A DNA stretch of 64,000 nucleotides from Takakia lepidozioides (Eukaryota > Plantae > Bryophyta). The position numbers were made by a program, and so were the translations under genes. The stretch is from positions 50,716,001-50,780,000 of the forward strand of contig CM060732.1 in assembly GCA_030704615.1 (NCBI GenBank), in the 5' to 3' direction. The notes below the pieces were generated by a model. That model did no database searches, had not been told where the DNA came from, and saw only the letters and a program-made list of their open reading frames with translations. Each line of letters begins with the position of its first letter. Positions within the stretch are counted from its first letter, which is position 1. This document shows positions 24,801-37,349 of this stretch, piece after piece.

Positions 24801-25339
24801 TCCAGGAAAGCCCAAAACCCTTCATCCGTTTCACCTTCATGTGGGGAAATCAGCAGTTGGGGGCTCCACGGTTATAGGCCCACCTTCTTTGTGGTGACGT
24901 GGCATGACCTGGACCAGGCTCACGCCACGTCAGCATCAGCGCCATGTCAGCAGCGTGAGCGTAGGCTCACGCCACATCATCATTGTGTGAGCGTACGCTC
25001 ACACGCTCACGCGCCAGGCTCACACGGTAGCGTCGTTGGAATGGCCCAGTGCGAAGGAGTATTCGTTTGAGGGAGAGGAGTCCTGTTCACATGGGGGTGG
25101 CGGAGAAGGAGTCCAACGACTTGGAGACCAACCCGGGGGAGGATAGTGGAGCGACTCCTAGTGCTGACTACTTAGCAGAGAGCGAGAGCACGGACGAGGA
25201 GGAAGACCAGAGTGCTGAGAAGATCGTCGTTCGCATGACTCCTTCCAAGCGGCCCTTAAGGACATCCATCCCAACCAAGGAGGGTAACAAGCCCGCGGTG
25301 GGATCCCTAAGACCCCTTCTGTCTCTGTCTCTATCTCTC

Positions 25340-26230
25340 TCCCTCTCTCACCCTTAGTTTACATAGCTGTGTCACTGTTAACGGACTGTTTCGGGGTGAG
25401 TTTGGCATTCCGTCCTTAAGCTCCAGACGAGATGAATTCAAGGTCAGATGGTGGGGTCAGCTGCAACATATGCCCAAGACCAGATATCCTAAGTTAATCG
25501 ACTCTATATCTTGGAAATAGGACCGCCTTGTCAAACAGGCTAAGTCCTGGTAGAAAGATTGCTAGAGATTCTCAAGGACCTGGACCTGGATCCGCAAGTC
25601 TTGACCCTGCTGGATAAATCTGACTTAGAGGCTGTAATGTCCAAAGCCATGTCTGTTGCCAAGAGATTGTCTGATGAAAATGAAGTTAGGCAGAAAACTT
25701 CCCTGAACTTGTTTCCAGTCAGTGACATGGGGGACGACATCTTGGATGACCTCAAGGGTCTACCACTCTCGGCACTAGACTGAAATTTAAACTCAGGGCA
25801 GGAAGCCTACCTTTGAATAGCAAACAGAAGCAGAGAGGAAAAGGAGAGTGCAATTGCCCGTTGTGTGGGCAATCTAAAGACAATATTCATTTTTTGATAC
25901 ACTGTCCGGGGTTCTCTCACCAAAGAGACGCTCTCTTCAATTCTATCAAGGGAATTGTGTCTGTACCCCTGTTTACCAACTTTGAAAGTCTCTAGGCTGA
26001 GCCAAAAGCCCAGGCCCTCCTGAGGCCTAGTTTTTGGGCAAATCACACACAACAGATTGATGCTTGTGTGAAGGGATTTCTAGAGGATATCTGGAAAACC
26101 CGGATTAATTCTTTATATAAAGATAAGTCTTACTACCAATGTCAGCCCCTGACAGAGGTAGGTTCTGTTCCTTTTGTTCCCGCTCAAACTGGGAGCGGGG
26201 TCAATGGCCACAAGGCTACGGCAAACAACG
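25340..26230 (+). mobile_element. 5'-truncated, degenerate non-LTR retrotransposon (LINE) 3' fragment
   Basis: GELGIPSL..RRDEFKVRWWG and a C-terminal zinc motif CPLCG...HFLIHCPGFSHQR typical of LINE ORF2 ends; interrupted by stops. Confidence 0.62.
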
Positions 26231-27417
26231 TCTTATGAGTACAATGTCACCCTTAGTTCCTCTTAGATTGTGGAAGCAATTGAGCATTTTCATGATGTGT
26301 AGGGTTTAGGGTAGGGTTTTGTGTAAAGCAGAGGTAGAGGCAGAACCGAGCAAGGTTTAGGGTAAATCTAAGTGAGTAAGAGACTGGGGTATATGGCGGA
26401 GGAATGATCTTTGGAGTGATGAACTGATGGAGAAGGGAGTGTGTGGGGCTGGACTGAGAGTAAGGGAGAGGCTGGAGAATGGCTCATGAAATGTATATGC
26501 TTACAGTGACTGAGATGGTGATTGGTTTATATAACCAAGCCTATTACTACTATGATTGGCTTGTGAACTTAAGGCAAGAGTGGTTGATTGTTTCATTTCG
26601 AACCTGATATGCTTTGAGCCTGGTTTCGGAGATTTATCTCCAGACCTGCAATCTGATTTTGTGATGAGTTTACAATCTGCATATATGGTGGTAAATGTTA
26701 TATATCAAACCAAGGTTCTTTCCTAAATGTGAATGACCTGGAAACCTTGTTAGAAAGATGAATGGGTTACGAGTTGGACTATGTGTGGCTTGACCAATGG
26801 ATTAAATTCCAAAGGGTTAGAACATGTGTTAGGGTCTTAATATTGAATGGATGTGGGACATTGCTAGGGCGTCAGAGCATGACATTCCATGCATTCACGC
26901 CATTGGATGCCAAAATTTTTTTGGCATGTTGGGCCAAGGTTTGTATGTGTTCACGAACTGCCGACCTTGCTCGTTGCCCGGTTGACCTTATTTTCCATAA
27001 TTGCTAACTTTGTGGGGTGGAGGGGCTTGTGTTAGGTTGCATCAAAGCGAGCAAAGGAAGGGGGGACTGAGGCTGTGGCGAATGCTACTGGTCCACCTAC
27101 GACATGGGTGCAACAAGGCCCGAATGGCCCATGGGTGCCAGAGGTGGGCAAACGTGACTACAGCAAAGACCACATACCTGGCAGCAGCCCATGGCCCCTC
27201 CATAGACGACGAACACGTGGTCATGGATTCCAAGTGGGTCCAATGAAGGACCCCAAGGAGCTTGGGTACAAGGAGGTGCCCAAACTTGGGGCCCTCCATG
27301 CAACGCCGTTGGTGGGCAGTGGGCTTGTGGGCAGTGGGCAAGCCCCCCTTTTAATGGTGCTGCTCCTCCATTTACCCCCCCGCTGGTGATGATTAAGATT
27401 CCACACAGCAAGGGGAT

Positions 27418-28952
27418 GTGGTGTCGCAGGCTGCAAACAAAAAAAGACAAAAAAGGCTGGCTGCAAAGGAACATGAGACTGATGCGAAAGCCCGCAAATT
27501 TGTTGGGCTGAAGCTGCACAAGGTACAACTAAACTCTAAGGGGGAAGTAGACCAGGGGCCTGAGGGGAAGGATTACTGGCAGAGCTCCTTGCGGGAACTC
27601 TGCATCAGATATCTTGATCCTAGCATTTTGCTAGCAGACAAGCAGGAACCCAGTGACATAGCCAAGGTTAAGGAATCCATGGACGCGGAGTTTGAGTACT
27701 ATCCTAAACTTATGAGCATTGACAAGTTCCAGAAAGCATGTGGGAGGATTATAAAAGTACACCGCCAAAAGTTAAAGCTGGTGTGGTTGGCTGAAGGTCC
27801 ATGCCCTCCGAGTGTAGAGCCATGCCATTGGGATGCATTGGTGAAGTACTGGGATTCCCCCAAGGGCAAGAAAGAGAGTGAGAACATGAAGAGAGCACGA
27901 TCCAATGTTACCAACCCATCGAGGGTTGGAAGAGCAGGGTTGGCTGGACAGGCCCGACGCTTGGTAATATGAATATCTGCACCACATTTTAGTATATGTA
28001 TACATCTATATGTATGTACATATATACACATGTGTGTGATGGAGTAGGATACCATCTCTGCCCTGTGAGGTAGTTGCAAACTGTCACTACAGTCATGCCT
28101 CTGTAAACGCCCCACTTGCTTGGATGAATAGGGGCTATTTTTTTTTTTTTTGTTGTGGCCCTGGCAGAAGAAAAAGAGAGCACGAAGTCCAAGCATCACT
28201 GAGCTGGCACACGCATCGAAGGCGGACAAGGGTTTTGGCTCCCAGTCAATTGGAGGTGCACAGGTAAATGGCGTGTGGGTATTTTTTTTTTTGTTGCATT
28301 CATTTTGCTGGAGCAATAGCCAGGCCATGCGGGCTGATTATCTCTTTTTTTGGCTGTATATGGAGGGGGCAGTGCGATGCAGTCTCGACTATCGTCCCTT
28401 GAGGGCAGTGTGCTTGCTTTGGCAGACATTCAGATCCTGACGATTGAGGGCGAATTGGCCACTATAAAAGCAGAAGTTGCTAAGGCTTCTGCGGACAATA
28501 GCAAAAAACTAGATGCATTGATGGCAACGATGTTGGGAATGTCAGCAACCGCCCCTCCTCCAACTACTATCCCAATATGTACGGTTATTGAACCTTGCGA
28601 TTCCGACGCAGGCTTGGGAGGCAAGACTGCTACGGAGAAGGTGGTTTGTGCACCTTCACCCCAACTTATTTTTGTGGTTGTCATCCATTCATTGGTATGT
28701 TTTGCTTGGGTGCAGGGAGAACCTCTTGAGGTTGGGGAAAAGCCAAAGTCGTCTGCCATTGAGGACTTTGTGGTGACCCAAGTAAAATTGGGACGCAAGG
28801 GAATTCCTGATAAATTGCCACGTAAGAAGGGAGGTGGAGCTGGCGGGACAACAAGAAGAAGGCAGGAAAACAGTTCAGTGTTCCTAGCATGCATGCGGAG
28901 ACGTCGTGTAGAAGTTAGGCTCTTCATTTTTATCATGGCTGTTTTTTGTTGA
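27418..28952 (+). pseudogene. CACTA second ORF (TnpA / Transposase_24-like), spliced and probably degenerate
   Basis: CPPSVEPCHWDALVKYWDSPKGKKESENMKRARS...SRVGRAG, then after a GT-AG intron KKKRARSPSITEL, then a coiled-coil-like segment. Lies inside the CACTA TIRs. Confidence 0.68.
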
Positions 28953-30976
28953 CAGTGTTCCAACACTTAACTCTCTGGGATTCTATTCTATTTTGTGGAG
29001 CTTGAATACCCAATGGTACTTCTTTAAACACTACACTAGTGGTATGTGTTCCTCTAGTCATGTTCATAATCATTTGCACATCACTGTAATAGTGGTATAA
29101 TTTAAAACTGTGGGAGTAGCCAAATGCATACAATTGCCTACATTACCACTCGTATAGTGGTATAAGTAGTCACATATATATTATTGTACTAGTGGTATGA
29201 ATTCCTCCAGTGGTATTCCTAATCACTTACACACCACTTTGTTAGTAGTCACTCCAATCCATAGTTCCCACTCAGAGAGACACCATGAATGACTCAAATA
29301 GCTTACACACCACTCTGTGGGTAATCATTCCAATGATCTGCTGAGAGACGTCATCCACTCGAATAACCACTCTGTGAGTGATATTGTATATTCTCAGTTT
29401 TCATAGAATGACTCTATGAGTCATTTTTTGATCACTCAAAAAGTGGTTTCGAAAGTCATTGAATTTTTCACTCCATCCATTTCGTAGCATTGACACACGA
29501 TACGTGTCCATGCTGAGAGTGTCGCCGCGTGTCGACATAATCTCCAATATCATCCACGGACCGCCGGCTTACACGTCTCCACTACAAAACGGAAGTGGTT
29601 ACTTTACCACTATGACATGTCAGTTTATCACTGTGACACGTCATAAGTGGTTGCTTTACCTCAGTGACACGTCAGCTAACAGGTGGACCCGGACGTGAGT
29701 GGTTCGAATCACTGTCTTTAACCACGGGTGCCACGTAATGTCTTTTACCACTCACTTGTCCTAATCCACTGGTTCTTCATCATTCTGGGGCCAGAGTGGC
29801 TGAGTGTCTTTTACCACTCAAAATGAGTGGTTAATAGAGTGGTTATTCCGTTTTTTTTTTTTCTAGTGATATATATATATATTCGGGTGTTGCGACGTCC
29901 TGGCGTCACAAAAGCGTCACTAAGGGCGCCCCAGCGCCTCTACGACGCCGGGGCATCGCAACGGCATCCCCATAATGGGGATTTATTTGTTTATTTGTTT
30001 TTTGGATTTTGCGGCCCTCAACATCACAAAAACGTCGCTGGGGGCGTCCCGCGCTGGGACGCCCAACACTACGACGCCAGGGGGTCGCAATGGCGTCGCC
30101 ACAGGGGGTCGCAACGGTGTTGTAGTCAGATTAGGTCATTACAAGGATGTCGCTTGGGGCGCTTGGCGGTGGGACTGCAACAACGGCGACGGCGCTGGGA
30201 CTGGGGCTGGGGCTAGGCACTAAGGCTGTGGAGCTTGCAACTCAGGGACCCTCTTAGAAAGAACTTGAAAGAAATCTTGATATGTATATATATATATATA
30301 TATTTAGATTGTTTTTGTGATGCATAGATGTATGTAGGTGTGTTGGTTAGGCTGTAGTGTCTAGGAAATGTTATAACGTGGAGATCCTAGGTTCAAGTAT
30401 GCATTGCCTAAGAGCATGCCCAGCAGGCACTTTATCTGGCGCACTATCATCAACATAGCACGGCCGCTGAGATCCCGCATCCCCAACAGCACCTTCACGC
30501 GCTTCAAAATGGTGAGCCTCACAAAAAATCGTCGCACTCCCGCGTTATCTTCCTGCCCTTTGATGTGTGTCATTCTCCTCCGCTACCTACCGCTCAGCCT
30601 TACACGTAATGACGAGTGGCGGGGCAGGCGGCGGGGCCCACGGTCATCTCAGCCTGCGCCATTACTCCTCCTTCGGTTGTGGTGTGTTGCTGTTGGGGCT
30701 CTTGCCAGCTGACGCGCTATCTAGGTTGTCTGCCTCACCATATGCCTCACGAGCATAGTGATAGTGCGACAGTTTAGGGAGCCTTTGCTGGGCATGCTCT
30801 AATATATGTAGAACAATGAACATATGACCATTAGACAGAACCGGAGTCAATGGTCAACAAGTTTTTGAAATTCAAATTTTCTCACCTAAATTCAAATGTA
30901 CCCCCCTTAAATTGCGATGTCCGGGCGTCGCACTTTGCAACCCCCGAACGTTGCTAATTTGGCATTGCAGAGTCAG

Positions 30977-31007
<31 letters not shown>

Positions 31008-32469
31008 TGGCGACGCCCGGGCGTTGCAAGTCGTGCCGACGGTTGGCGCAAATTCGCGACCCCCATTGGTCGTAATTTTGCAACGTTTTTTTGACGCCAT
31101 TGCGAACGGGCGTTGCAAATTTGGCCCCTCCCTTTACCCAGAAAGGGCTGTTTTGCGACGTCACGGCGTGGCTGGGCGTCGCAAAGCCCCCCCTTTTCCT
31201 GTGGTGCCCCTTTTCCTGTGGTGCGCGATCTCGACTATGTTTATTGTCTCTTTCTTGTCTACTCTCTTTGCCATGCGTGGGTAGTGTCTTTCGCGCTTCA
31301 GCAGGCAGCTCGTTCACGGGCCTATTGGTGAGCTTAGCCAAAATCTCTGAACCCAAATTTAGGTTATGGAAAAGAGGTTGACAATTACTAATGGCTTCTA
31401 CTAAAAGGACAGGAATTTCAAAGACAAGCAATGTCTAGATTTTCAGGCGGCCATCTAGAGCGTCATGATTGCAAAGCCAGAGCAAGATGTCCACCTTCCC
31501 CAATCCACTTGAGGGAGGGAGGCTAGAGGTAAAAGGGATGAGGTTTGGCATTCATAGGATGGAGACGATGAGCAAGCACCAAGGACTGAAAAGGGTGAAA
31601 GAAGGCCAGTCTCTTGTCTTTCATTTGACTGACCAAACTGAAAATTAGGCCCGTCTCTGTCTTTCATACGGTTTTCTACTATTCCTGTGTATGTTGTGCA
31701 ACTCGATCTGGCTCCTGAATCCCAAGAGCTCGAGAAGGCTGTTGCGAAGATGGGCCACTGGGTCAGGAATGTAAAACAGGTGATGCACAAGCATTACAAG
31801 CAAGAATGTATCCTGATTTCCACCATCTGATCTATTCAGCTCTCAATCTGGTGGCGTCTAACCGAGGCTCTCCATCCCCGAAATTCCAGTTTCAACATTA
31901 GGAAAGAAGCTGAGCAGCAGCCATGGAACATCAAAAGTCAATCCACCATGGATCCTGGCAGCTCAGCTCAAAGTCAACCTCCACTCCGATCAAAAGCTGT
32001 CCCCCTCACTGTTTCAGTCCGTATGCATTGTAACTTATCCCAAATAAGATTCCGGGGTTCCGTCCCCTTTCTTTGGAACACGCATTCATAGTTCCATTTT
32101 CATCCAAGTTGTGACCCAAATCTTCTCGCAAGGTCCCATACCCTAACCCTTGGACAGTTGACCTGCAAGGAGAGATGAAAGAGAGGTGTTATGGAGACAA
32201 ACTGCAAGTCAATGCCAATTGAGAAGGACTGGGAACTAGTGAGAAGAGAAAAATTTCACGACCCAACTCAAAGTTAGGACAACAATCCTTGAATTTTACG
32301 TTTTTCTTTTGGGTGTGTTGTGTTGCGCATCAATCCAAGGCCTTTTGGTATCAGCATGATCTCTCCAAATGAACCATGTCTGTGAGCTTTCTATAATTTT
32401 AACGGAAGCTGCACGGGTTGCACCCTTGGTAGCTGACCAAGGGAAGGCTCTAGCTATTGCATCACAGCC

Positions 32470-34539
32470 ATGAGTGGCGGGACAGCTGACTTCTTCTATC
32501 GTGAGGCTCGCCGCCTGCGCTTTGTTGCCCGCTCCGCTTTCAAGGTCTGTTCTCTCCTATCATTCTAATCAGCTACAGTGGTGTGCCAGGATCCTATCTG
32601 ACTTCCTATTTTATGGTACAGATTTAGGGCTCAACGTATGACTTGAAGTTGGGTAATCGTCGCAGTTGCTGGAGATTCAGAAAAAGTATCGCATAATAAG
32701 GCCGGGTGCCGCAGTGCTGGATCTGGGGTGTGCCCCTGGAGCGTTTCTACAGGTCTGCTGTTTGTCCCGTCCCCCTCCTCATTCATCGTCTTAGAGTAGA
32801 GCATCATATCTTGGAAGATGGTACCACAATCAGGTGATGGAATATTTTCGCAGAAAGATGAGTTTTGAGTCAAGGTATGGAAGTTAAGTGAAGAATCCAT
32901 GAGAAAATCCGTTGAACTGGGTAAGGTGAATCCCTTCACGATGAGTACTAAAGGACCGGTCTTGGGCTTTGCCTTTGTCTTCCTTGGTTTGGTTTCATTG
33001 GGGAGGGTGTTTACAGGTGGCATGCCAGAATTTGGGTCCACTACAAAGGGGGGGTGCCGTGGTTGGAGTTGACATCAAGGTAGGCCGTTGTTTTCCTTTG
33101 ATTTCTCAGGTGCTCGGAATGACAACACACGGACAGATTCAAATGATATCCTTTATAGCCTTGGTCTCCTCATTCTTTGGGAAATGGTTTGCACTTTGGT
33201 AGATCGGCAAACATAATTGGTCTCAGACAACTCTGATAGCTACATGTTTTCCAAAGCTAGGATACCTGCTACACCGAAGAGCTAGAAACTTATGCACTTT
33301 ACAGGAAGAGAAGCTCACATTATGATTCTTTCAAAGCAAGGGGTTTTGGTGGCTTTAATGAAGGGAAAATGGAGCTCTCTGTTCAGCTTAATAAACATGG
33401 GAGGTGAGTTGAGAGAGGGTGTTGATGGGTTGGTTGTGCAGAGCAGAAGGTGAAGGTACCAGGTGATCACTGTGATGAGCGAGTGCGCACAATCTGCGCT
33501 GATGTGCTGCAAATCTGCCCCACTTCTCTGGCCCAACTTTCTCCAACGGTAATCTCTAGGGCTATGTTTAGGTAGGGGGCTCCGTGATGATTTTGTAATG
33601 AACTTCAGCTTGAATGGGCAAGGAGCAGGTACCATTTTTCCAATGATTACATATAGCATCAGGTATCTTTGGAGCATTTTGCATGCAAAATGCATGAGCT
33701 GTAGTAGGGGATTGCCCATTGACTGAGGGCCAGGGGAATTGTGGAGTGACTAAGTTCCCTAACTGGAAGTTCCAGCTGGAATTTTTTAGAATGCATCTCT
33801 AAGATAAGCAGGTTAATGAAGTAGATGTACACTCTGTGTTTTAGAGAACTACAGGGTGACTTGAAATTGACTGAAGACGGTGCAGGGAAGGGGATACACA
33901 GTGATAGTGTCGGACATGTGTCCAGCAGTATCAGGCATTAGTTGCAGAGATGCAGCACTCTCAGCTGAGCTGGGGCTGTGCGCTTTGCACCTCGCACTTG
34001 GGCAACCTGCACCAGAGACTAATGCACCTAGTAGTGAGGGGCTTTTGCTGCCAGGAGGTAGCATTGTCACCAAGCTGCTGGAGGGTGAAGAAAGTCAAGG
34101 TATGGTTTCATCCTATCCCTGCCCCGATTTTCTACTGCCTCTTGTGGTGCCTCAAATTTGGGAATTGGAATTGAGACTCCCGGTCAGATGAGGGATGCCT
34201 CTTTTTTGAAGGATGGGTGTCAAGCAGGTGGGTGTGGTCAGATTGTCTGTGCAAGACAGCTGGATGAGTCAGGTTTGAAGAGTTTTCAGAAGTCAGAGGT
34301 TATTCTCAGTCTGGGCTTCAGTGTTTGGGAGGTGTTCAACTAGTTTAAAACTGATGAAATGAGACTAGGTGCGATATCATGATACATAGAGCACTGATAT
34401 TTGTTTAATTGTGGTGTTCCATTGAGTAGGCTTTGTCAGGCTTTGCAAGGGACGGTTTCAACAGGTGACTTGGCTGCGACCCAAGGCAACCCGCAGCTCA
34501 TCAAGAGAGATCTATTTCATTGGTAAGGGGCGGGTATAG
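32470..34539 (+). CDS. RlmE/FtsJ (RrmJ) family rRNA 2'-O-methyltransferase, 6 exons
   Basis: Exons 32470-32544, 32666-32752, 33017-33079, 33447-33548, 33886-34099, 34430-34539. Motifs DFFYREA...[54 protein letters not shown] give the K-D-K-E tetrad. All junctions in phase. Confidence 0.92.
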
Positions 34540-36785
34540 CCGATACTATGTGGTGATCAAAAGGCAACCAGCTACTCACAGAACAGTGGGACCTCCAGCT
34601 CTCGTGTCCGTGAGGCTTTACATGTTCGGATACATTGTTTTATCAACATCACAGGAGTTGTCTCAAGTGCTACTTAAACAGAAACTGGCACTTTGCCTAG
34701 TTTTTCAAGGGACAATTTCAACAGTCAAGTCGGTTGATGCTGCGCCATTGAGGGAGGGTTATTCCTTTGGTAAAGTGGAGTTGTAGGAGGATATGTGCCT
34801 TGTCAGCATCACAAAATTGATCTTCATAAAATGGGCGGAATCATATGCTCCTTCAAACACTGGCCATGAGGCATGATCCCTTGATAGAGAGCGTCTGTGG
34901 GCAAAACTATAGAAGCTGCCCATGACATTGAATATCCCTTATACACAGCTGGTGGTAAATTGTTCACATCAAGTGAGAGCATTCACTTTGAGGGCTGGAG
35001 TTGAAAGCATGCTGAGCGAAGGCCCAGCATCGAAACAGCGTGAAAATCATGTCTTGTTCAAGGGCTAACGCTTGACATGGGACTACCATCTTGGATTTGC
35101 AGTGTAGCTGCAACCTGCTACTTGACTTTTCATCAGATGTTCTGGTTGAGTGCGGGTTTGGTATATGTTGATTTCAAAGCCTTTCCTAGACTAAATGATG
35201 TTGATGTCAGGAAGTTGCAATGAAGTATGAAGATCAGACATGTAGCCGATCATTAACCATAATCCAAGTAAGACTTATAGGTGGACATGACTATTTGAGT
35301 GAAAGCAGGATGTGGTCTCAGTGTAGACTTACCATTTGCCAAAGGATTGTTGACTGCATATATGCTCCATTGTATACATTGTCAAGGAGCTAGACAGAAA
35401 AAGCAAAAAGAAGTTGACCTTGCTCCTGACTACTCCTGACTACGGAAGTTTTCGACTTATACTCAGATGATCCACGACAAGAAATAGACCTGCAAGGGCT
35501 GCAGTCGTTATTCGTCTCCCTCGTTCGAACTTTCCAGTCCTGTCCATTTGTTTGTTCCACCAGAGAGTTATGAGTTTTTGATTGCATGCAGGGATGCTTG
35601 CCCACTCTCCTGGTCGTGGGGAGGACCAAGAGAGCGGGTTGACCGGCAAAGAATAAGGGGTCTGACTTGCCAGCATTATGACATGAGAATCATACACAGA
35701 AACAGGTTTTTAGTTTAGATCCCAACTCCAAGCAAGTAAGGATTCGTAGACTGAAAAAGATGCGTGCTTCAGAACTACTGAAGTGCACCGAAGCTTTGAA
35801 GCAGAAAGAGGACTCGGAGCTCCACTCTTACCAACTGCTCTCATGAATGTTTGAAAGTTTGTTGGCTGTAGAATGATCTGTGACACGAAAGATCATTCCC
35901 TCTAAACCCCTTTTGAACACTACTGAATCTGTAAAAGAGATCTCCATGAGAGAAGCCGTCGACCCTTGCTAGCTTAAATAAGAGATCTCCGGTGTACAGC
36001 ACAGTTTCTGAGTATGCTAGATCCTTGCATGGGCCGAAGCAAACTCATGTGCGTCAAGTCCTCGAAATGAACACCTCACCTGCGATTAGCTAGAACCTTC
36101 CTTCTTTTCCGACAATCTCTCTACTTGTGGAGAATCAAATTCAGAAAACCAGTACGTAAATTTTGCTTTACAAGCATTTCATTTTTGAACTTACTTCAAT
36201 GGAATAATCGGAATGCAGAAGATGTTGAAGTCCTGTTAATCAACAGCTCGCAGTAACATCGCGCTTCTTGTGATTACGTACTTGGTATACCAACTTGGCT
36301 GCTCGGCGGAAGGAGAGACAGGGGTATGACCTAACCTCGCTTAGGCATATTCGCCCATGGATATCAACCGTGCTGTGGGATTTCCACTCACCTGAGTATG
36401 GAAACCCACCCCGAGCTCTCGCGCCGGTTACAAGGAATCCCATTACGGGGATTTTGAGTGTTGATGTAGGGACTGCTATGCACATTTTTCTGGAAACAGA
36501 GTATTGATCCAGCACTGATACGTGTACCCCCTTCAATCTGACAGGAATGTGACTGTGACTGCAATGTCGGTCAGCGTGAGGGCTCCAAAGGAAGACAAAG
36601 GGTAAAGGAAAACAGAAAAGAAAGCTTAGGCATGCGTTCAAAGGTTGTCCCTGGATCGATGCATGTAGCAAAACTTTATTCAGACGAGGTACACTCAGTT
36701 AGTAAAATGCTCTCACATGGCAAGAGATATACAGTTCCGTGGCAGAGCCTGTAACAACAAAGCTGCAAATCATGTCCAGAATACT

Positions 36786-37349
36786 CTACAAATCATCCAA
36801 GTATTCCAAGGGCGGCAAGAAGAGGTGGGTTTCGACACTGAAGGTAAAAGACCATAAGTCTGTCTGGTTGTATGTTTCTATCAACGCGTATCCCTCCGCC
36901 ATCCGAAACTGACCAGTTCCACCCACCACTGCGATCTCCCTCACAGGCAGCAGTACGTTGTCATCGCCATGATAGGCGATAGTGCCATTGTATTTGTCCG
37001 TAAAGACAGCAGTGAACAATTGATGTATGTGGGGATTCGGAAGGAAAGCAGAGTTGGAGTATTGGCCCTGGGCGTGCCCCAGTACTCTGGAGGATTCACT
37101 CGGCCCCTCGGTGATGAGATCGTTGACTATCACAAGGCTGCCCTGTTGGAGCTCAGACGTGTTTCCATCAGGCCCAGCAACGAGTACGGCTGTGTTGCCC
37201 GTCTTCTGAAATATATTATCGTGCACGTAGAACTTAAACACCTCCTTTCTTGGAGGCGGAATTGCAAACAACTGAGATTCAGCTATGTTGAGGCATGCCA
37301 AAAGCACCAAGCCTGCAATGGCCACGCTGACATGAGCCTGGCTCTTCAT
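36786..37349 (-). CDS. Dirigent protein (intronless, 187 aa)
   Basis: Signal peptide; FYVHD, GSLVIVNDLITEGP, LGHAQGQY, REIAVVGGTGQFRMAEGYA. Confidence 0.93.
   Translation of the reverse strand: MKSQAHVSVAIAGLVLLACLNIAESQLFAIPPPRKEVFKFYVHDNIFQKTGNTAVLVAGPDGNTSELQQGSLVIVNDLITEGPSESSRVLGHAQGQYSNSAFLPNPHIHQLFTAVFTDKYNGTIAYHGDDNVLLPVREIAVVGGTGQFRMAEGYALIETYNQTDLWSFTFSVETHLFLPPLEYLDDL

Larger units (their letters stand above)
13690..25030. mobile_element. Mutator-like (MULE) DNA transposon carrying a ParB-methyltransferase cargo gene; ends approximate
   Basis: GTGAGCCTG(G) motifs clustered at 13699-13750 and the inverse CCAGGCTCAC/GCTCAC motifs at 24915-25025. Contains a MULE-type transposase and a divergent second gene. 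No clean TSD found. Confidence 0.65.
9391..29868 (-). mobile_element. CACTA/EnSpm DNA transposon (20.5 kb) with nested insertions
   Basis: TIRs CGCTAGAAGAAAAACGTGGAATAACCACT and AGTGGTTATTCCG(T)nCTAGTG; 3-bp TSD ATA on both sides; many ACCACT/AGTGGT subterminal repeats; TnpD-like and TnpA-like coding remnants inside. Confidence 0.88.
9161..31206. mobile_element. Outer non-autonomous CACTA element, interrupted by the inner CACTA
   Basis: Left end CACTACAACAAATGGGGGAGGTTTGCGACGCC versus right-end reverse complement CACCACAGGAAAAGGGGGGGCTTTGCGACGCC (26/32 identical). GCGACGCC/GGCGTCGC subterminal motifs at 9180-9385, 29885-30200 and 30910-31190. The 3-bp TSD does not match. Confidence 0.72.

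Noticed and set aside
24950-25030. Helitron 3' end (hairpin followed by ...GTAG)
   Set aside because: The terminus is not CTRR-T, no Rep/helicase is present, and the adjacent transposase is MULE-type.
31300-32300. Possible gene fragment upstream of the FtsJ gene
   Set aside because: Short protein-like stretches and a splice-acceptor-like site occur, but no consistent exon chain or recognisable domain.
34800-36700. Small ORFs between the FtsJ and dirigent genes
   Set aside because: No recognisable homology or spliceable structure.
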